This document shows positions 10,377 through 20,636 of a DNA stretch of 64,000 nt, in pieces. Origin of the DNA: Clostridia bacterium (lineage in GTDB: Bacteria > Bacillota > Clostridia > Christensenellales > Christensenellaceae); contig JAAUYQ010000049.1 in assembly GCA_014805015.1 (NCBI GenBank), positions 114,122 to 178,121 of the forward strand. Reading direction: 5' to 3'. Position numbers and translations under genes: made by a program. Numbering within the stretch: the stretch's first letter is position 1; every line of letters starts with the position of its first letter. Under the pieces are notes generated by a model. The model saw only the letters and a program-made list of their open reading frames with translations. It searched no databases and was not told the DNA's origin.

Positions 10377-11219
10377 ATGTACAAAATTCTGGAAAGAGAA
10401 ATTCTCGCTGACAACGTCGTGCGTATGGAGGTCGAGGCCCCGCACATCGCCAATAAGGTACAGAGCGGGCAGTTCGTCATCATCCGCGTGCATGATACCG
10501 GTGAGCGCTTCCCGCTGACCGTTGCCGGCAAAGACAAGGAAAAAGGCACAATCACCATCATCTTTGCCGCGATCGGCAAGTCAACCTGCGAACTCGGTCA
10601 GCTCAAGAAGGGCGATGAGATCCTTGACGTTGTCGGTCCTCTCGGTGTCGCCTCGCACTTTGATCCGTCCATCAAGAAAGCCGCTGTGGTCGGCGGTGGT
10701 CTCGGCTGCGCCATTGCCCTGCCCCAGGCCGTGCATTTGCACGAGATGGGCGTTTCCGTGGACACGATCGCCGGTTTCCGCGATAAGGACCTGATCATTC
10801 TGGAACCGGAAATGAAGGCGGCCTCTGAGAACCTCTATATTGCCACAGACAACGGCAGTGCCGGCTACCATGGATTCGTCACCGACGTGCTGCGGGAGCA
10901 GATCGAAAAGGGCGTGAAATATGACATCGTGGTCGCCATTGGCCCCATCATCATGATGAAGAACGTCGCCGAACTCACCCGTCCATACGGAATAAAGACG
11001 ATCGTCAGCATGAACCCGATCATGATCGACGGCACAGGCATGTGCGGCTGCTGCCGCCTGATCGTCGGCAACGAGGTCAAGTTTGCCTGCGTTGACGGTC
11101 CGGACTTTGACGGGCACGAAGTCGACTATGACACCTCGATGCGCCGTCTCGGCATGTACAACAAGCTGACGGAACGGGAAGCGTCCTGCAATCTGCTCAA
11201 AATGGCGGAGGAGGCCTGA
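10377..11219 (+). CDS. nfnA: NfnA-like FAD/[2Fe-2S] subunit (PyrK/sulfide dehydrogenase beta-like)
   Basis: MYKILEREILADNVVRMEVEAP...GQFVIIRV (FAD-binding beta-barrel) and a C-terminal GTGMCGCCRL...CVDGP cluster motif. I moved the start to ATG 10377 after GAAGGAG. It lies directly upstream of the GltD-like subunit. Confidence 0.75.
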   Translation: MYKILEREILADNVVRMEVEAPHIANKVQSGQFVIIRVHDTGERFPLTVAGKDKEKGTITIIFAAIGKSTCELGQLKKGDEILDVVGPLGVASHFDPSIKKAAVVGGGLGCAIALPQAVHLHEMGVSVDTIAGFRDKDLIILEPEMKAASENLYIATDNGSAGYHGFVTDVLREQIEKGVKYDIVVAIGPIIMMKNVAELTRPYGIKTIVSMNPIMIDGTGMCGCCRLIVGNEVKFACVDGPDFDGHEVDYDTSMRRLGMYNKLTEREASCNLLKMAEEA

Positions 11220-11222
11220 CGA

Positions 11223-12650
11223 ATGCTGGAACCGAGAGAAATGAAGCGCAACATGTCCAATGAAAAGACCCCGATGCCGAGTCTGCAGCCAGACGAGCGG
11301 ATACGGGGTTTTGAGGAAGTTGCCACCGGCTACACCGACGAAATGGCTGTGAACGAGGCAAACCGGTGTCTGAACTGCAAAAACCGGCCATGCGTGAGCG
11401 GCTGCCCCGTCCAGGTGCAGATTCCTGATTTCATCATGCATATCCGTGAAGGCGACTTTCTCGCCGCCTACCAGAAGATCATTGAGACAAACGGACTGCC
11501 GGCTGTATGCGGCCGCGTATGCCCGCAGGAGTCACAGTGTGAAAAGTACTGCGTGCGCGGCATCAAGGGTGAACCGGTCGGGATTGGCCGCCTGGAGCGT
11601 TTCGCCGCCGACTATGCAATCGAAAACGGCAAAACCGGCCAGACCAAGACAGAAGCGCCGAACGGTCACAAGGTCGCCGTCATCGGCAGCGGACCGGCCG
11701 GTCTTACCTGTGCCGCTGACCTCGCGAAGCTCGGCTACGACGTCACGGTCTTTGAGGCTTTTCATACGGCGGGCGGCGTCCTGAAATACGGCATTCCGCA
11801 GTTCCGTCTGCCCAAGGAGATCGTTGATCTCGAAATCGAGTCACTGAAGTCGATGGGCGTCAAGATTGAGCTCAACATGGTTATCGGCAAGGTGTTCACA
11901 GTGGAGGAACTGTTTGCTGACGGTTTTGAGGCTGTCTTTATCGGCAGTGGCGCCGGTCTGCCCTCCTTTATGCATCTGCCGGGTGAGGAACTGAACGACG
12001 TGTACTCGGCAAACGAATATCTGACGCGCATTAACCTGATGCATGCCTACCTGTTCCCCATCTACGACACGCCGATCAAGCATTACAAGAGCGTTGCCGT
12101 CGTCGGCGGCGGCAACGTCGCCATGGACGCTGCGCGCTGTGCCAAGCGTCTCGGATCCGAGCACGTCTACATTGTCTACCGCCGCTCGCAGGACGAAATG
12201 CCGGCCCGGAAAGAGGAAGTGCACCATGCCATGGAGGAAGGCATTGAGTTCCATCTGCTGACCAACCCGGTGGAAATCCTTGGCAATGAGAACAATGACG
12301 TCACCGGAATGCGTCTGGTGCGTATGGAGCTTGGCGAACCGGACGCCACCGGGCGCCGCCGTCCGGTGGTCATTGAGGGCAGTGAATACGACCTCGAGGT
12401 CGATGCCGTCATCATTGCGATCGGCCAGACTCCGAACCCGCTGATCAAGAACACGACCCCGGATCTCGAAACGCAGAAATGGGGCGGCATTGTGGCCAAC
12501 GAAGAGACCGGTGCGACCTCGATTCCCGGTGTCTACGCCGGCGGTGATGCAGTGACCGGTGCCGCGACCGTCATCCTGGCCATGGGTGCCGGCAAGACAG
12601 GTGCTGCTTCCATTGACAAGTACCTGAAAGAAAAACACGGCGAGAGCTGA
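11223..12650 (+). CDS. nfnB: NfnB / glutamate synthase small-chain-like NADPH oxidoreductase
   Basis: CLNCKNRPCVSGCPVQVQIP and CGRVCPQESQCEKYC Fe-S motifs are followed by VAVIGSGPAGLTCA and VVGGGNVAMD dinucleotide folds. The SD GGAGGAGG lies inside the end of nfnA. Confidence 0.8.
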   Translation: MLEPREMKRNMSNEKTPMPSLQPDERIRGFEEVATGYTDEMAVNEANRCLNCKNRPCVSGCPVQVQIPDFIMHIREGDFLAAYQKIIETNGLPAVCGRVCPQESQCEKYCVRGIKGEPVGIGRLERFAADYAIENGKTGQTKTEAPNGHKVAVIGSGPAGLTCAADLAKLGYDVTVFEAFHTAGGVLKYGIPQFRLPKEIVDLEIESLKSMGVKIELNMVIGKVFTVEELFADGFEAVFIGSGAGLPSFMHLPGEELNDVYSANEYLTRINLMHAYLFPIYDTPIKHYKSVAVVGGGNVAMDAARCAKRLGSEHVYIVYRRSQDEMPARKEEVHHAMEEGIEFHLLTNPVEILGNENNDVTGMRLVRMELGEPDATGRRRPVVIEGSEYDLEVDAVIIAIGQTPNPLIKNTTPDLETQKWGGIVANEETGATSIPGVYAGGDAVTGAATVILAMGAGKTGAASIDKYLKEKHGES

Positions 12651-12677
12651 TTCCATTTTCGTCTGAGCAAAATAAAA

Positions 12678-12716
12678 GAGGCCCGCAGCCGCTGGTGTAA
12701 TTCGGCTGCGGGCCTC
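12678..12716. terminator. bidirectional intrinsic terminator between nfnB and pspA
   Basis: A 13-bp perfect stem (gaggcccgcagcc / ggctgcgggcctc) is flanked by an A-run on the left and a T-rich stretch on the right. Confidence 0.65.
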
Positions 12717-12733
12717 CTGCGTTTCAGAAAATC

Positions 12734-13408
12734 TTACATTCCAAGCTTTGCTTTCATCGCTTCGAGCTCGTCCTGAGCTGAACCACCGGACGGGCCGCTT
12801 GCATACTTCGAAAGAAGATCCGTATCGGCTGCGCCTTCCTTGTCGAGCGAGGCGATCGCGTTGGCGGTGTCGAGCTGCTTGTTGACCTTGGCTTCCATGC
12901 GGTCAAACGCTTCAAGCGAACTCGTGTTGCCGACGCCCGCCGTGACCTTGTTGGCGTGCTCGCGGGCCTTGGCTGTGGCCGCCTTGCCCTTGATCATGTC
13001 GGCGCGGCCTTCGAGGCTGGCAATGTCGTTGCTCAGCTTACGGTACATCGCGCGCATGTTTTCAGCATCCGCGTGCGCAGCCTCATAGTTTTCCTTGAGG
13101 CCGTTGAGCTGCTCAAGCTGTCTGTTCTTCGACTGAATCAGCTGCAGCGCGTCCGCATCGTTGCCGGCCTTGACGGCATTTTCGGCAGCTTTTGTGAACT
13201 TTGCGATGGTCTCCTCGCATTCCTTCACCTTATTCAGAGCTGCTGTCTCATTCGCCATGACAGCGCCCGTTTCCTTCTTTACTTCTGCCAGGTCTTCGCG
13301 CGACTGGCGCAGCATCTGGTCGATCATTTTCTGCGGGTTCTCTGCCTTGTCCAGCAGCGCATTGATATTGCTCGACATGATGTCCTTCATACGTGAAAAG
13401 ATGCCCAT
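12734..13408 (-). CDS. pspA: PspA/IM30 family protein
   Basis: MGIFSRMKDIMSSNINALLDKAENPQKMIDQMLRQSREDL is the canonical PspA/LiaH N-terminus. The protein is all-helical, coiled-coil-like and 224 aa. The SD AGGAGGA precedes the ATG. Confidence 0.85.
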   Translation of the reverse strand: MGIFSRMKDIMSSNINALLDKAENPQKMIDQMLRQSREDLAEVKKETGAVMANETAALNKVKECEETIAKFTKAAENAVKAGNDADALQLIQSKNRQLEQLNGLKENYEAAHADAENMRAMYRKLSNDIASLEGRADMIKGKAATAKAREHANKVTAGVGNTSSLEAFDRMEAKVNKQLDTANAIASLDKEGAADTDLLSKYASGPSGGSAQDELEAMKAKLGM

Positions 13409-13551
13409 TAAGATCCTCCTGTGGCGTGTCGCGTGTGATTCGGCCCGGGCCCTCTGGCGGTCTGTCTACCGGTGCGCCCTGCGCATCCGGCAGGGCGCCG
13501 GTCTCGGTCTGCCTGCTGCCGCATAAAAGCAGCGCTCCCGGCGCCGCCGTT

Positions 13552-13583
13552 TGTCACACAGAATATAAACACATTCTGTGACA
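13552..13583. promoter_or_regulatory. inverted repeat TGTCACACAGAAT-N8-ATTCTGTGACA upstream of pspA (candidate operator)
   Basis: 8-bp perfect arms (cacagaat/attctgtg) extend to 11 bp with a 2-nt bulge around an AT-rich centre. It sits immediately downstream of the preceding terminator and about 145-175 nt upstream of the pspA ATG. Confidence 0.3.
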
Positions 13584-13584
13584 G

Positions 13585-13618
13585 AAAAAACGGTGCCGGC
13601 ATCTTTTCTGCCGGCACC
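13585..13618 (-). terminator. intrinsic terminator after the Gly-rich membrane protein gene
   Basis: On the minus strand the sequence reads ggtgccggc-N9-gccggcacc followed by TTTTTT. Confidence 0.65.
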
Positions 13619-13624
13619 GCCTGA

Positions 13625-14758
13625 TTACTTGTCCTTGTACTTGTCTAGCAGCGGGTCATCCTGAAGATCATTGATATTCGTCTTGAGGATCCGCTCGGTC
13701 TCTGCTGCACGCTCCGCCTCGTGCTTGCGTCTCGTCTTCATGATGAGGATAACGGCTGCACCGGCCGCCACAACGCCAAGCGCGATCCAGATCCAGATGG
13801 CCACATCGTTCGCGTTCGTTGTGCGGCTCATAATACGGTCCGCCGTGCTTGTGAACGTGTCGATAAAGACGTCGTCCTCGTTTTTGTCAGAGAACCAGTT
13901 CTGCTCCAGATAATCGGCAAAAATCTGCTGCGCCTCATCGTCCATGACCGTGGCCGCGCTGCTGCCGGTCCATATCGTCCAGTCGCCGTCTGTCCCGTCA
14001 TCATCGTAATAGACAAACAGGAAAGCGTTATTGCCGAGATTCATTTCATTGAAAATGCGCTGCGCTTCCTCGAGCTGCGCCTGGCCATCTCCGATGAGAT
14101 CAGGGCGGTTCACCAGGTATACAGCCGGCTGGACGCCGGTCTTGTCAAAATACCCGCGCAGACCACGGCTGACGTTTTCCGTGTTGAGCCAGCCGAGCTC
14201 ATCGTGCACTTCGTTCTGGTATTCGCCGCCAGTCAGTTTTGTGCGCGCATACGTGCTGTCAGTAATGTCCTGCCCGGCGTTGGCCGGTTCGCCGAAGCCC
14301 CCGCTGAACATGATGGACACGAAGACCAGTACGGCAATTACAGCGAGGATAATGAACGCCGTCGCGCATCCGGTTCTCGGCATGCTGCGCTGCGCTCTCG
14401 GACCGCTCTGCCCGGCATAGCCGCCCGCCGCCGGAATGATTGGCGGAATCACCGGTCCGCGGCCCATGCCGCCGGTCGGTGGGACTACCGGTCCGCGGCC
14501 CATGCCGCCGGTCGGAGGGATCACTGGTCCCCGGCCGCCTGAGCCCTGGCTTCCCCGGCTGCCCGATGAGCGGTTCAGAAAACTGCCCAGCCCGCCTAGA
14601 TCAAAGCCTCCGGCACTGCCGCCCTGCCGGCCGTTCCCGCCGCTCCGGCGGAAACTTCCCTGCCGGCCGCCGTGACTGGTCGGGCCGCCGCCAAAACTTC
14701 CGCCGCGGCCGCTCCCGCCGCTGCTGCCGCCACCGCTGCCGCCTGCATTTCTGCCCAT
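13625..14758 (-). CDS. membrane protein with a Gly/Arg/Ser/Pro-rich disordered N-terminus, two TM helices and a TPM-like central domain
   Basis: I set the start to ATG 14758, 6 nt after AGGAGG (the track start 14791 has no SD). The low-complexity N-terminus is GGSGGGSSGGSGRGGSFGGG...GGMGRGPVVPPT. TM1 is AFIILAVIAVLVFVSIMF. A domain of about 170 aa has a TPM-like pattern (VHDELGWL...GVQPAVYLV...NAFLFVYYDD...WTIWTG). TM2 is VAIWIWIALGVVAAGAAVILIM. The TPM label is an inference. Confidence 0.6.
   Translation of the reverse strand: MGRNAGGSGGGSSGGSGRGGSFGGGPTSHGGRQGSFRRSGGNGRQGGSAGGFDLGGLGSFLNRSSGSRGSQGSGGRGPVIPPTGGMGRGPVVPPTGGMGRGPVIPPIIPAAGGYAGQSGPRAQRSMPRTGCATAFIILAVIAVLVFVSIMFSGGFGEPANAGQDITDSTYARTKLTGGEYQNEVHDELGWLNTENVSRGLRGYFDKTGVQPAVYLVNRPDLIGDGQAQLEEAQRIFNEMNLGNNAFLFVYYDDDGTDGDWTIWTGSSAATVMDDEAQQIFADYLEQNWFSDKNEDDVFIDTFTSTADRIMSRTTNANDVAIWIWIALGVVAAGAAVILIMKTRRKHEAERAAETERILKTNINDLQDDPLLDKYKDK
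14441..14539. repeat. 36-nt tandem repeat, about 2.7 copies, inside the Gly-rich CDS
   Basis: The first two units share 26 identical consecutive nt (accggtccgcggcccatgccgccggt). They encode GGMGRGPV(I/V)PPT repeats. Confidence 0.8.
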
Positions 14759-14839
14759 TTGCTGCCTCCTCGCTGCTAAGTCTGTCTGCACCGGTCAGCA
14801 GCATCGCACCCAGGCGGCGCTGACCACATCATCGCTGTG

Positions 14840-15463
14840 TCAGCGGATAAAGTTCGTATGTACCGGCTCTTCCCGCACCGGTTTTTTGATACCCGCCTCG
14901 CGGGCTGCCGCAAGCGCCTGCAGTTCGTAGCCCATGTTCCGGCCCAGCGTCCGCATCGTCTGCAGACCCTCTTCGTCCCGGCGCACATCGTCCGGCGTGA
15001 ATCCATGGACCTGGTTCCAGTACTGGGAGGAGATGACCGGCATATTGGCTATCGTGAAATACATGTTAAGGCGCTCAAAGGCTGCTGTCGCCCCGCCGCG
15101 GCGGCACGAGACCACCGAGGCTCCGGGCTTGCCGTCCCGCTCCTCCTGGCCGCCGGAGTAGAACAGCCGGTCGAGAAAGGAGCAGACCTGACCGCTGGCA
15201 CCGGCATAATAGACCGGTGAGCCGAAGACAAAGCCGTCGAATTCCGCCATGCGGGCATTGAGCGCATTCACCCCGTCGTCGTAGATGCATTTCCCGGTCA
15301 CCTTGCAGCGCATGCAGGCAATGCATCCCGGGACGGGTTTATTGCCGATCCAGTAAATCTCGCTTGCCACATCGTAGTCCGACAGTCCCACCGCAACTTC
15401 GCTCAGAGCGGTGAAAGTGCAGCCCTCCGCATGCGGACTGCCGTTAATCATCAGTACTTTCAT
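14840..15463 (-). CDS. flavodoxin-fold NAD(P)H-dependent FMN reductase / iron-sulfur flavoprotein-like
   Basis: MKVLMINGSPHAEGCT... and GFVFGSPVYYAGASG are the FMN-reductase signatures, plus a CIACMRCKVTGKC Cys cluster. Confidence 0.75.
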   Translation of the reverse strand: MKVLMINGSPHAEGCTFTALSEVAVGLSDYDVASEIYWIGNKPVPGCIACMRCKVTGKCIYDDGVNALNARMAEFDGFVFGSPVYYAGASGQVCSFLDRLFYSGGQEERDGKPGASVVSCRRGGATAAFERLNMYFTIANMPVISSQYWNQVHGFTPDDVRRDEEGLQTMRTLGRNMGYELQALAAAREAGIKKPVREEPVHTNFIR

Positions 15464-15542
15464 AAACTCTGCTGGGTCCCGCTCCCCGGGATCCAGACTT
15501 CTCCTCCTCTCGCTGCGGCCGCACCGGGCATCCCCGCGCCAT

Positions 15543-18404
15543 TCAGGACATTTTCAGGCTCAGGTAGCTCTCCGGCGTCGCGTTTTCATAGATCCGCTTC
15601 AGATACTCGCCGGTAAAGCTTCCCGGCGTCTTGGCTACCTCCTTCGGCGTGCCCGCGGCCACCAGGGTGCCGCCCCGCTCGCCGCCTTCCGGACCCAGGT
15701 CAATGATATAGTCCGCACTCTTGATGACGTCCAGATTGTGCTCAATGACGACTACCGTGTTGCCCTTGTTCGCGAGCCGGTTAAGCACCTTCACCAGCCG
15801 TTTGACGTCATCCACGTGCAGGCCGGTGGTCGGCTCGTCCAGAATAAACAGAGTACGGCCGGTCTGCTTCTTGGCCAGATGCGTGGCCAGCTTGATGCGC
15901 TGCGCCTCGCCTCCGGACAGTGTGGTCGACGGCTGCCCGAGCCGGATGTACCCGAGCCCTACATCCATTAGTACCTGCAGTTTGCTGTGTATGAACGGAA
16001 TATTCTCAAAAAAATTGTATGCCTCCTCCACAGTCATGTCGAGGACCTCGTAGATATTCTTGCCTTTGTAGCGCACTTCGAGCGTCTCGCGGTTGTAGCG
16101 GTGACCGCCGCAGACCTCACAGGGCACGTAGACATCCGGCAGGAAATTCATTTCAATCCGGGTGACGCCGTCGCCTTTGCATGCCTCGCAGCGTCCACCC
16201 TTCACATTGAACGAAAAGCGTCCCTTGCCGTAGCCGCGGGCCTTGGCATCCGGCGTCATGGCAAACAGATTCCGGATATGGTCAAAGATGCCGGTATAAG
16301 TGGCCGGATTGGAACGCGGCGTGCGGCCGATCGGGCTCTGGTCGATGTCCACAATCTTGTCGAGGTGCTCAAGACCGTCGATGCCGTCATGATCGCCCGG
16401 CCGGTCCTTGCTGTGGTAGAAGCGCTTCATGGCAGCCTTCTTGAGAATGTGATTGATCAGGCTGCTCTTGCCGCTTCCGGACACGCCCGTCACGGCCGTG
16501 ATGACGCCCGTCGGGATACTGACATCGATATTCTTCAGATTGTGCTCCCGGGCGCCGCGCACCGTGATCCATTCCCGCGGTTCGCGCGTCTCAAGCGGGA
16601 TGCGGATCTGCTGCCGGCCCGAGAGGTACGCGCCGGTGATGCTCTTCTGGTTGGCCATGATCTGCCTGGGCGTCCCCTGGGCGACGACATAGCCGCCGTG
16701 CGCACCCGCTCCCGGTCCGATGTCCACGATCTGATCCGCGTTCAGCATCGTCTCTTCGTCATGCTCGACGACAATCAGGGTGTTGCCGAGATCCCGGAGC
16801 CCCTTCAGCGTCTCGATCAGCTTGCCGTTGTCGCGCTGATGCAGTCCGATCGACGGCTCATCGAGAATGTACAGTACACCCATGAGACCGCTGCCGATCT
16901 GCGTTGCCAGCCGGATCCGCTGCGCCTCGCCGCCGCTCAGGGTCGCCGCTCCGCGGGCGAGCGTCAGGTAGTCAAGCCCGACATTCACGAGAAAATCAAA
17001 GCGGGCATTGAGTTCCTTGAGAATGCGTTCGGCGACCGCGGCCTGGGCCGGCGTCAGCTCAACGCTGTTCAGAAATTCCTGCGCCCGGCTGATCGGCAGC
17101 TCCGAAAGCTCGGCAATATTGAGATCTCCGATCCGCACAGCCAGTGCCTCCGGCTTGTAACGCCTGCCGCCGCACTCCGGGCAGGGCGTCTCGATCATAT
17201 AGGATTCGATCTCACGTTTCATGTATTCGCTGCTTGTCTCCCGGTAGCGCCGCTCCAGATTGGGAATGACGCCCTCAAAGGAAGCGCTGTAGGTGCGGGA
17301 GCTTCCCTCTTTGTAGGGGATCGTCAGCTTCTCTCCGTCTGTGCCGTAGAGAATCGCGTGCTGCACCTCCTGCGGCAGGTCCTGGAACGGGGTATCCATG
17401 TCGAAACCGTAGCGGTCCATCAGGGCAGACATGACGTTCGAGGCAATTGTGCCCACTTTGCTGAAACCCCAGCCGCTTGCATGAATCGCACCCTCCCGGA
17501 GCGTCCGCGACGGGTCCGGCACAACTCGGTCCGGATCGATTTTGAGGATGACGCCCAGACCTGTGCAGGCCGGACAGGCTCCGAACGGTGAGTTGAAGCT
17601 GAACAGCCTTGGCTCGAGCTCATCGATGCTGATGCCGCACTCCGTGCAGGCAAAATTCTCGCTGAGCAGATCTTCCTCGCCGGTTTCCATATCCCGGATG
17701 ATAACAAGACCCTCCCCGATCCGCAGTGCAGTCTCCACACTGTCTGTGAGACGCTGCCGGCTCTCCTGTTTCAGGATGATCCGGTCGACTACAGCCGAGA
17801 TGGTGTGCCGTTTCTGCTTGACAAGGGCGATATCATCTTCGCCGATCTCGTAAACTTCGCCGTCGACGACAGCACGGGTAAAGCCTTCCTTGGCGATGCG
17901 CTCCAGAACCTTTTTATGTTCCCCTTTCTTGCCGCGCACGAGAGGCGCCGTGACCATAATCTTACTGCCCGGGCGGCGCGCCATGACGCTGTCCACGATC
18001 TGATCCACGGTCTGCCGTTCAATCTTACGGCCGCACTTGGGGCAGTACACTTCCCCGGCCCGGGCATACAGAAGACGCAGATAGTCATGAATCTCGGTGA
18101 CCGTGCCGACTGTGGAGCGCGGATTACGGCCCGTCGTCTTCTGATCAATGGCAATCGCCGGTGAGAGCCCCTCGATGGCATCGACGTCAGGCTTCTCCAT
18201 CTGTCCGAGGAACTGACGGGCATAAGAAGACAGGCTTTCCACGTAGCGGCGCTGACCCTCTGCGTAAATTGTGTCAAAGGCAAGAGACGACTTGCCGCTC
18301 CCGGAAAGGCCGGTGATTACAATAAACTTGTCCCGGGGCAGCCTGATATCCACGTTCTTGAGGTTGTGTTCGCGGGCTCCCCTGATATTCAGTGTATTTG
18401 CCAT
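15543..18404 (-). CDS. uvrA: excinuclease ABC subunit A
   Basis: 953 aa with [54 protein letters not shown], two ABC modules and zinc-finger CxxC pairs. Confidence 0.97.
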   Translation of the reverse strand: MANTLNIRGAREHNLKNVDIRLPRDKFIVITGLSGSGKSSLAFDTIYAEGQRRYVESLSSYARQFLGQMEKPDVDAIEGLSPAIAIDQKTTGRNPRSTVGTVTEIHDYLRLLYARAGEVYCPKCGRKIERQTVDQIVDSVMARRPGSKIMVTAPLVRGKKGEHKKVLERIAKEGFTRAVVDGEVYEIGEDDIALVKQKRHTISAVVDRIILKQESRQRLTDSVETALRIGEGLVIIRDMETGEEDLLSENFACTECGISIDELEPRLFSFNSPFGACPACTGLGVILKIDPDRVVPDPSRTLREGAIHASGWGFSKVGTIASNVMSALMDRYGFDMDTPFQDLPQEVQHAILYGTDGEKLTIPYKEGSSRTYSASFEGVIPNLERRYRETSSEYMKREIESYMIETPCPECGGRRYKPEALAVRIGDLNIAELSELPISRAQEFLNSVELTPAQAAVAERILKELNARFDFLVNVGLDYLTLARGAATLSGGEAQRIRLATQIGSGLMGVLYILDEPSIGLHQRDNGKLIETLKGLRDLGNTLIVVEHDEETMLNADQIVDIGPGAGAHGGYVVAQGTPRQIMANQKSITGAYLSGRQQIRIPLETREPREWITVRGAREHNLKNIDVSIPTGVITAVTGVSGSGKSSLINHILKKAAMKRFYHSKDRPGDHDGIDGLEHLDKIVDIDQSPIGRTPRSNPATYTGIFDHIRNLFAMTPDAKARGYGKGRFSFNVKGGRCEACKGDGVTRIEMNFLPDVYVPCEVCGGHRYNRETLEVRYKGKNIYEVLDMTVEEAYNFFENIPFIHSKLQVLMDVGLGYIRLGQPSTTLSGGEAQRIKLATHLAKKQTGRTLFILDEPTTGLHVDDVKRLVKVLNRLANKGNTVVVIEHNLDVIKSADYIIDLGPEGGERGGTLVAAGTPKEVAKTPGSFTGEYLKRIYENATPESYLSLKMS

Positions 18405-18430
18405 TCTGACTCCATGTTTCCTCGGTCGCC

Positions 18431-20401
18431 TCAGGCACTCTTCCCCGCCTGCTGAAGCTCCGCGATCATGTCCCGCAGCCGCGCCGCCACTTCAAATTCG
18501 AGCTCTGCGGCTGCCTCTTTCATCTGCTGCGTCAGAAGATCAATGCGCATCTTCCGTTCCGCTTCCGGCAGGTCGGCAGCTTCGGAGCCGGTTACTTTCT
18601 CACTGAGCACAAAAGTCGGGTCGAGCACTTCTTTTTCGATGGTGGCCGGCGTGATGCCGTGTTCCTCGTTATACTGCTGCTGCAGCGTCCGGCGCCTGTT
18701 CGTCTCGCCGACCGCGGCCTCAATGGACTTGGTCTCGGTGTCAGCATAGAGAATGACCCGCCCCTCGGCGTTGCGGGCCGCCCGTCCGATCGTCTGGATC
18801 AGTGAGGTCTCGTTGCGCAGAAAACCTTCCTTGTCGGCATCGAGGATCGCCACAAGCTCCACTTCCGGAATGTCCAGTCCCTCCCGCAGGAGATTGATGC
18901 CCACAAGGACATCAAACTCACCGAGCCGCAGGCCGCGCACGATCTCGATCCGCTCCATGGTGTCAATGTCGCTGTGCATGTACTTGACCCGCACTCCCAT
19001 CTCCTCATAGTATTCCGTCAGACGTTCCGCCAGCTTCTTGGTCAGCGTCGTCACCAGGACGCGGCGTTTCTTGGCAGCCAGGTCGCGGATCTCCCCGAGC
19101 AGATCATCAAGCTGACCTTCCGTCGGGCGGATCTCCACGGCCGGATCGAGCAGTCCGGTCGGACGCACAATCTGCTCCACGATTTCGCCGCCGGCCTGCT
19201 CCCGTTCGTAGGCTGCCGGGGTGGCGGAAACGTAAATTGCCTGGTGGATGCGCTCGTTGAATTCCTCAAATTTCAGTGGCCGGTTGTCGCAGGCCGCCGG
19301 GAGCCGGAAGCCGTAATCGACCAGCATTTCCTTGCGGGAGCGGTCCCCGTTGTACATAGCCCGCACCTGCGGCAGGGTGGCATGCGACTCATCCACAAAC
19401 AGCAGAAAATCATCCGGAAAGAAATCGAGCAGCGTATAGGGCGGCTCGCCCGGCTTGCGGCCGTCAAAATACCGCGAGTAGTTTTCAATACCGGAGCAGT
19501 AACCGAGCTCCTTGAGCATTTCCATATCATAGAGGGTGCGCTGCGTCAGGCGCTCGGCCTCAAGCAGCTTGTCCTCGCTGCGGAACAGGTCCGTCTGCGC
19601 AATGAGGTCCTTCTTGATGGCCGGCAGCTGGCGCTCCACGGTCTCCCGCGCCATGGCATAGTGGGATGCCGGGAAGATCATGGCATATTTGAGCACGTTG
19701 AGCCGCCTGCCGGAAAGAGCCTCTATCTCATAGATCTTTTCGATTTCGTCCCCGAAGAACTCCACGCGCGTTGCCTTTTCACTCTGGCTCGCCGGGAAAA
19801 TCTCCACCACATCTCCCCGCACCCGGAATGTGCCCCGCATCAGGTCCATGTCGTTGCGGTCGAAGTTGATGTCGACCAGGCGGTTGAGGAGTTCGTCGCG
19901 GCTCATCGCCATGCCTTCCCGCAGCGAGACGGCCATGTTGGCATACGAATCCGGCGCACCGATGCCGTAGATGCACGAGACGCTCGAGACAACGATTACG
20001 TCGCGCCGCTCGAGCAGGGAGCTTGTCGCCGAATGGCGCATGCGGTCAATCTCATCATTGATGCTGGCATCCTTTTCGATATAAAGATCCTTGCCGGGAA
20101 CGTAGGCTTCAGGCTGATAGTAATCATAGTAGCTGACAAAGAACTCCACGGCGTTGTTCGGGAAGAATTCCCGGAACTCACTGCACAGCTGGGCCGCCAG
20201 CGTCTTGTTGTGTGCAAGGACCAGCGTCGGCCGGTTGGTGTTGGCAATGACGTTCGCCATGGTGAAGGTCTTACCGGATCCGGTCACGCCGAGAAGGATC
20301 TGCGACTTCTTCCCCTCTTCCACACCTTTGGTAAGCTCCGCGATTGCCCGCGGCTGATCCCCGGACGGTTTGTATTTCGAGTGCAATTCAAACGTCTGCA
20401 A
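18431..20401 (-). CDS. uvrB: excinuclease ABC subunit B
   Basis: 656 aa with [25 protein letters not shown] and the helicase motifs, plus a C-terminal UVR domain ([16 protein letters not shown]). The TTG start follows AGGAG. Confidence 0.97.
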   Translation of the reverse strand: MQTFELHSKYKPSGDQPRAIAELTKGVEEGKKSQILLGVTGSGKTFTMANVIANTNRPTLVLAHNKTLAAQLCSEFREFFPNNAVEFFVSYYDYYQPEAYVPGKDLYIEKDASINDEIDRMRHSATSSLLERRDVIVVSSVSCIYGIGAPDSYANMAVSLREGMAMSRDELLNRLVDINFDRNDMDLMRGTFRVRGDVVEIFPASQSEKATRVEFFGDEIEKIYEIEALSGRRLNVLKYAMIFPASHYAMARETVERQLPAIKKDLIAQTDLFRSEDKLLEAERLTQRTLYDMEMLKELGYCSGIENYSRYFDGRKPGEPPYTLLDFFPDDFLLFVDESHATLPQVRAMYNGDRSRKEMLVDYGFRLPAACDNRPLKFEEFNERIHQAIYVSATPAAYEREQAGGEIVEQIVRPTGLLDPAVEIRPTEGQLDDLLGEIRDLAAKKRRVLVTTLTKKLAERLTEYYEEMGVRVKYMHSDIDTMERIEIVRGLRLGEFDVLVGINLLREGLDIPEVELVAILDADKEGFLRNETSLIQTIGRAARNAEGRVILYADTETKSIEAAVGETNRRRTLQQQYNEEHGITPATIEKEVLDPTFVLSEKVTGSEAADLPEAERKMRIDLLTQQMKEAAAELEFEVAARLRDMIAELQQAGKSA

Positions 20402-20459
20402 CTTGATCTGCTCCTGCTTCTAGACTGGGTCCGGACCGGGGCCCGGTCAGCAACTCCTT

Positions 20460-20488
20460 ATTATATCTCCGCTGCACCCGGCCTTCAA
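20460..20488 (-). promoter_or_regulatory. candidate sigmaA promoter for uvrBA (TTGAAG-17-TATAAT)
   Basis: Read on the minus strand, the -35 is at 20488..20483 and the -10 at 20465..20460 with a 17-nt spacer, about 60 nt upstream of the uvrB start. Confidence 0.45.
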
Positions 20489-20636
20489 CGGCAGCACATC
20501 GTGTGTAAAACTGCAGGGAACGTGCTATGATGGAGGCGTTGGCACGCAGGGCACGGAACACATTCGCTTTTCGGGTATTTCCCAGCGCACTTGCGGCGGA
20601 TCTGCTCCGGCCTGCAGACTCTATGGAGGTACAGAT

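Noticed and set aside
15987-17591. 534-aa plus-strand ORF antisense to uvrA
   Set aside because: The opposite strand encodes a full-length, motif-perfect UvrA. The antisense product is Arg/Ala/His/Leu-rich with no motifs, the typical stop-poor antisense frame of GC-rich DNA.
20402-20500. LexA/Cheo box (GAAC-N4-GTTC) at the uvrBA promoter
   Set aside because: No GAAC-N4-GTTC-like palindrome was found around the TTGAAG-17-TATAAT promoter.
18974-20530. 518-aa plus-strand ORF antisense to uvrB
   Set aside because: Same reasoning: UvrB on the minus strand is unambiguous, and the antisense translation is low-information and Arg/His-rich.
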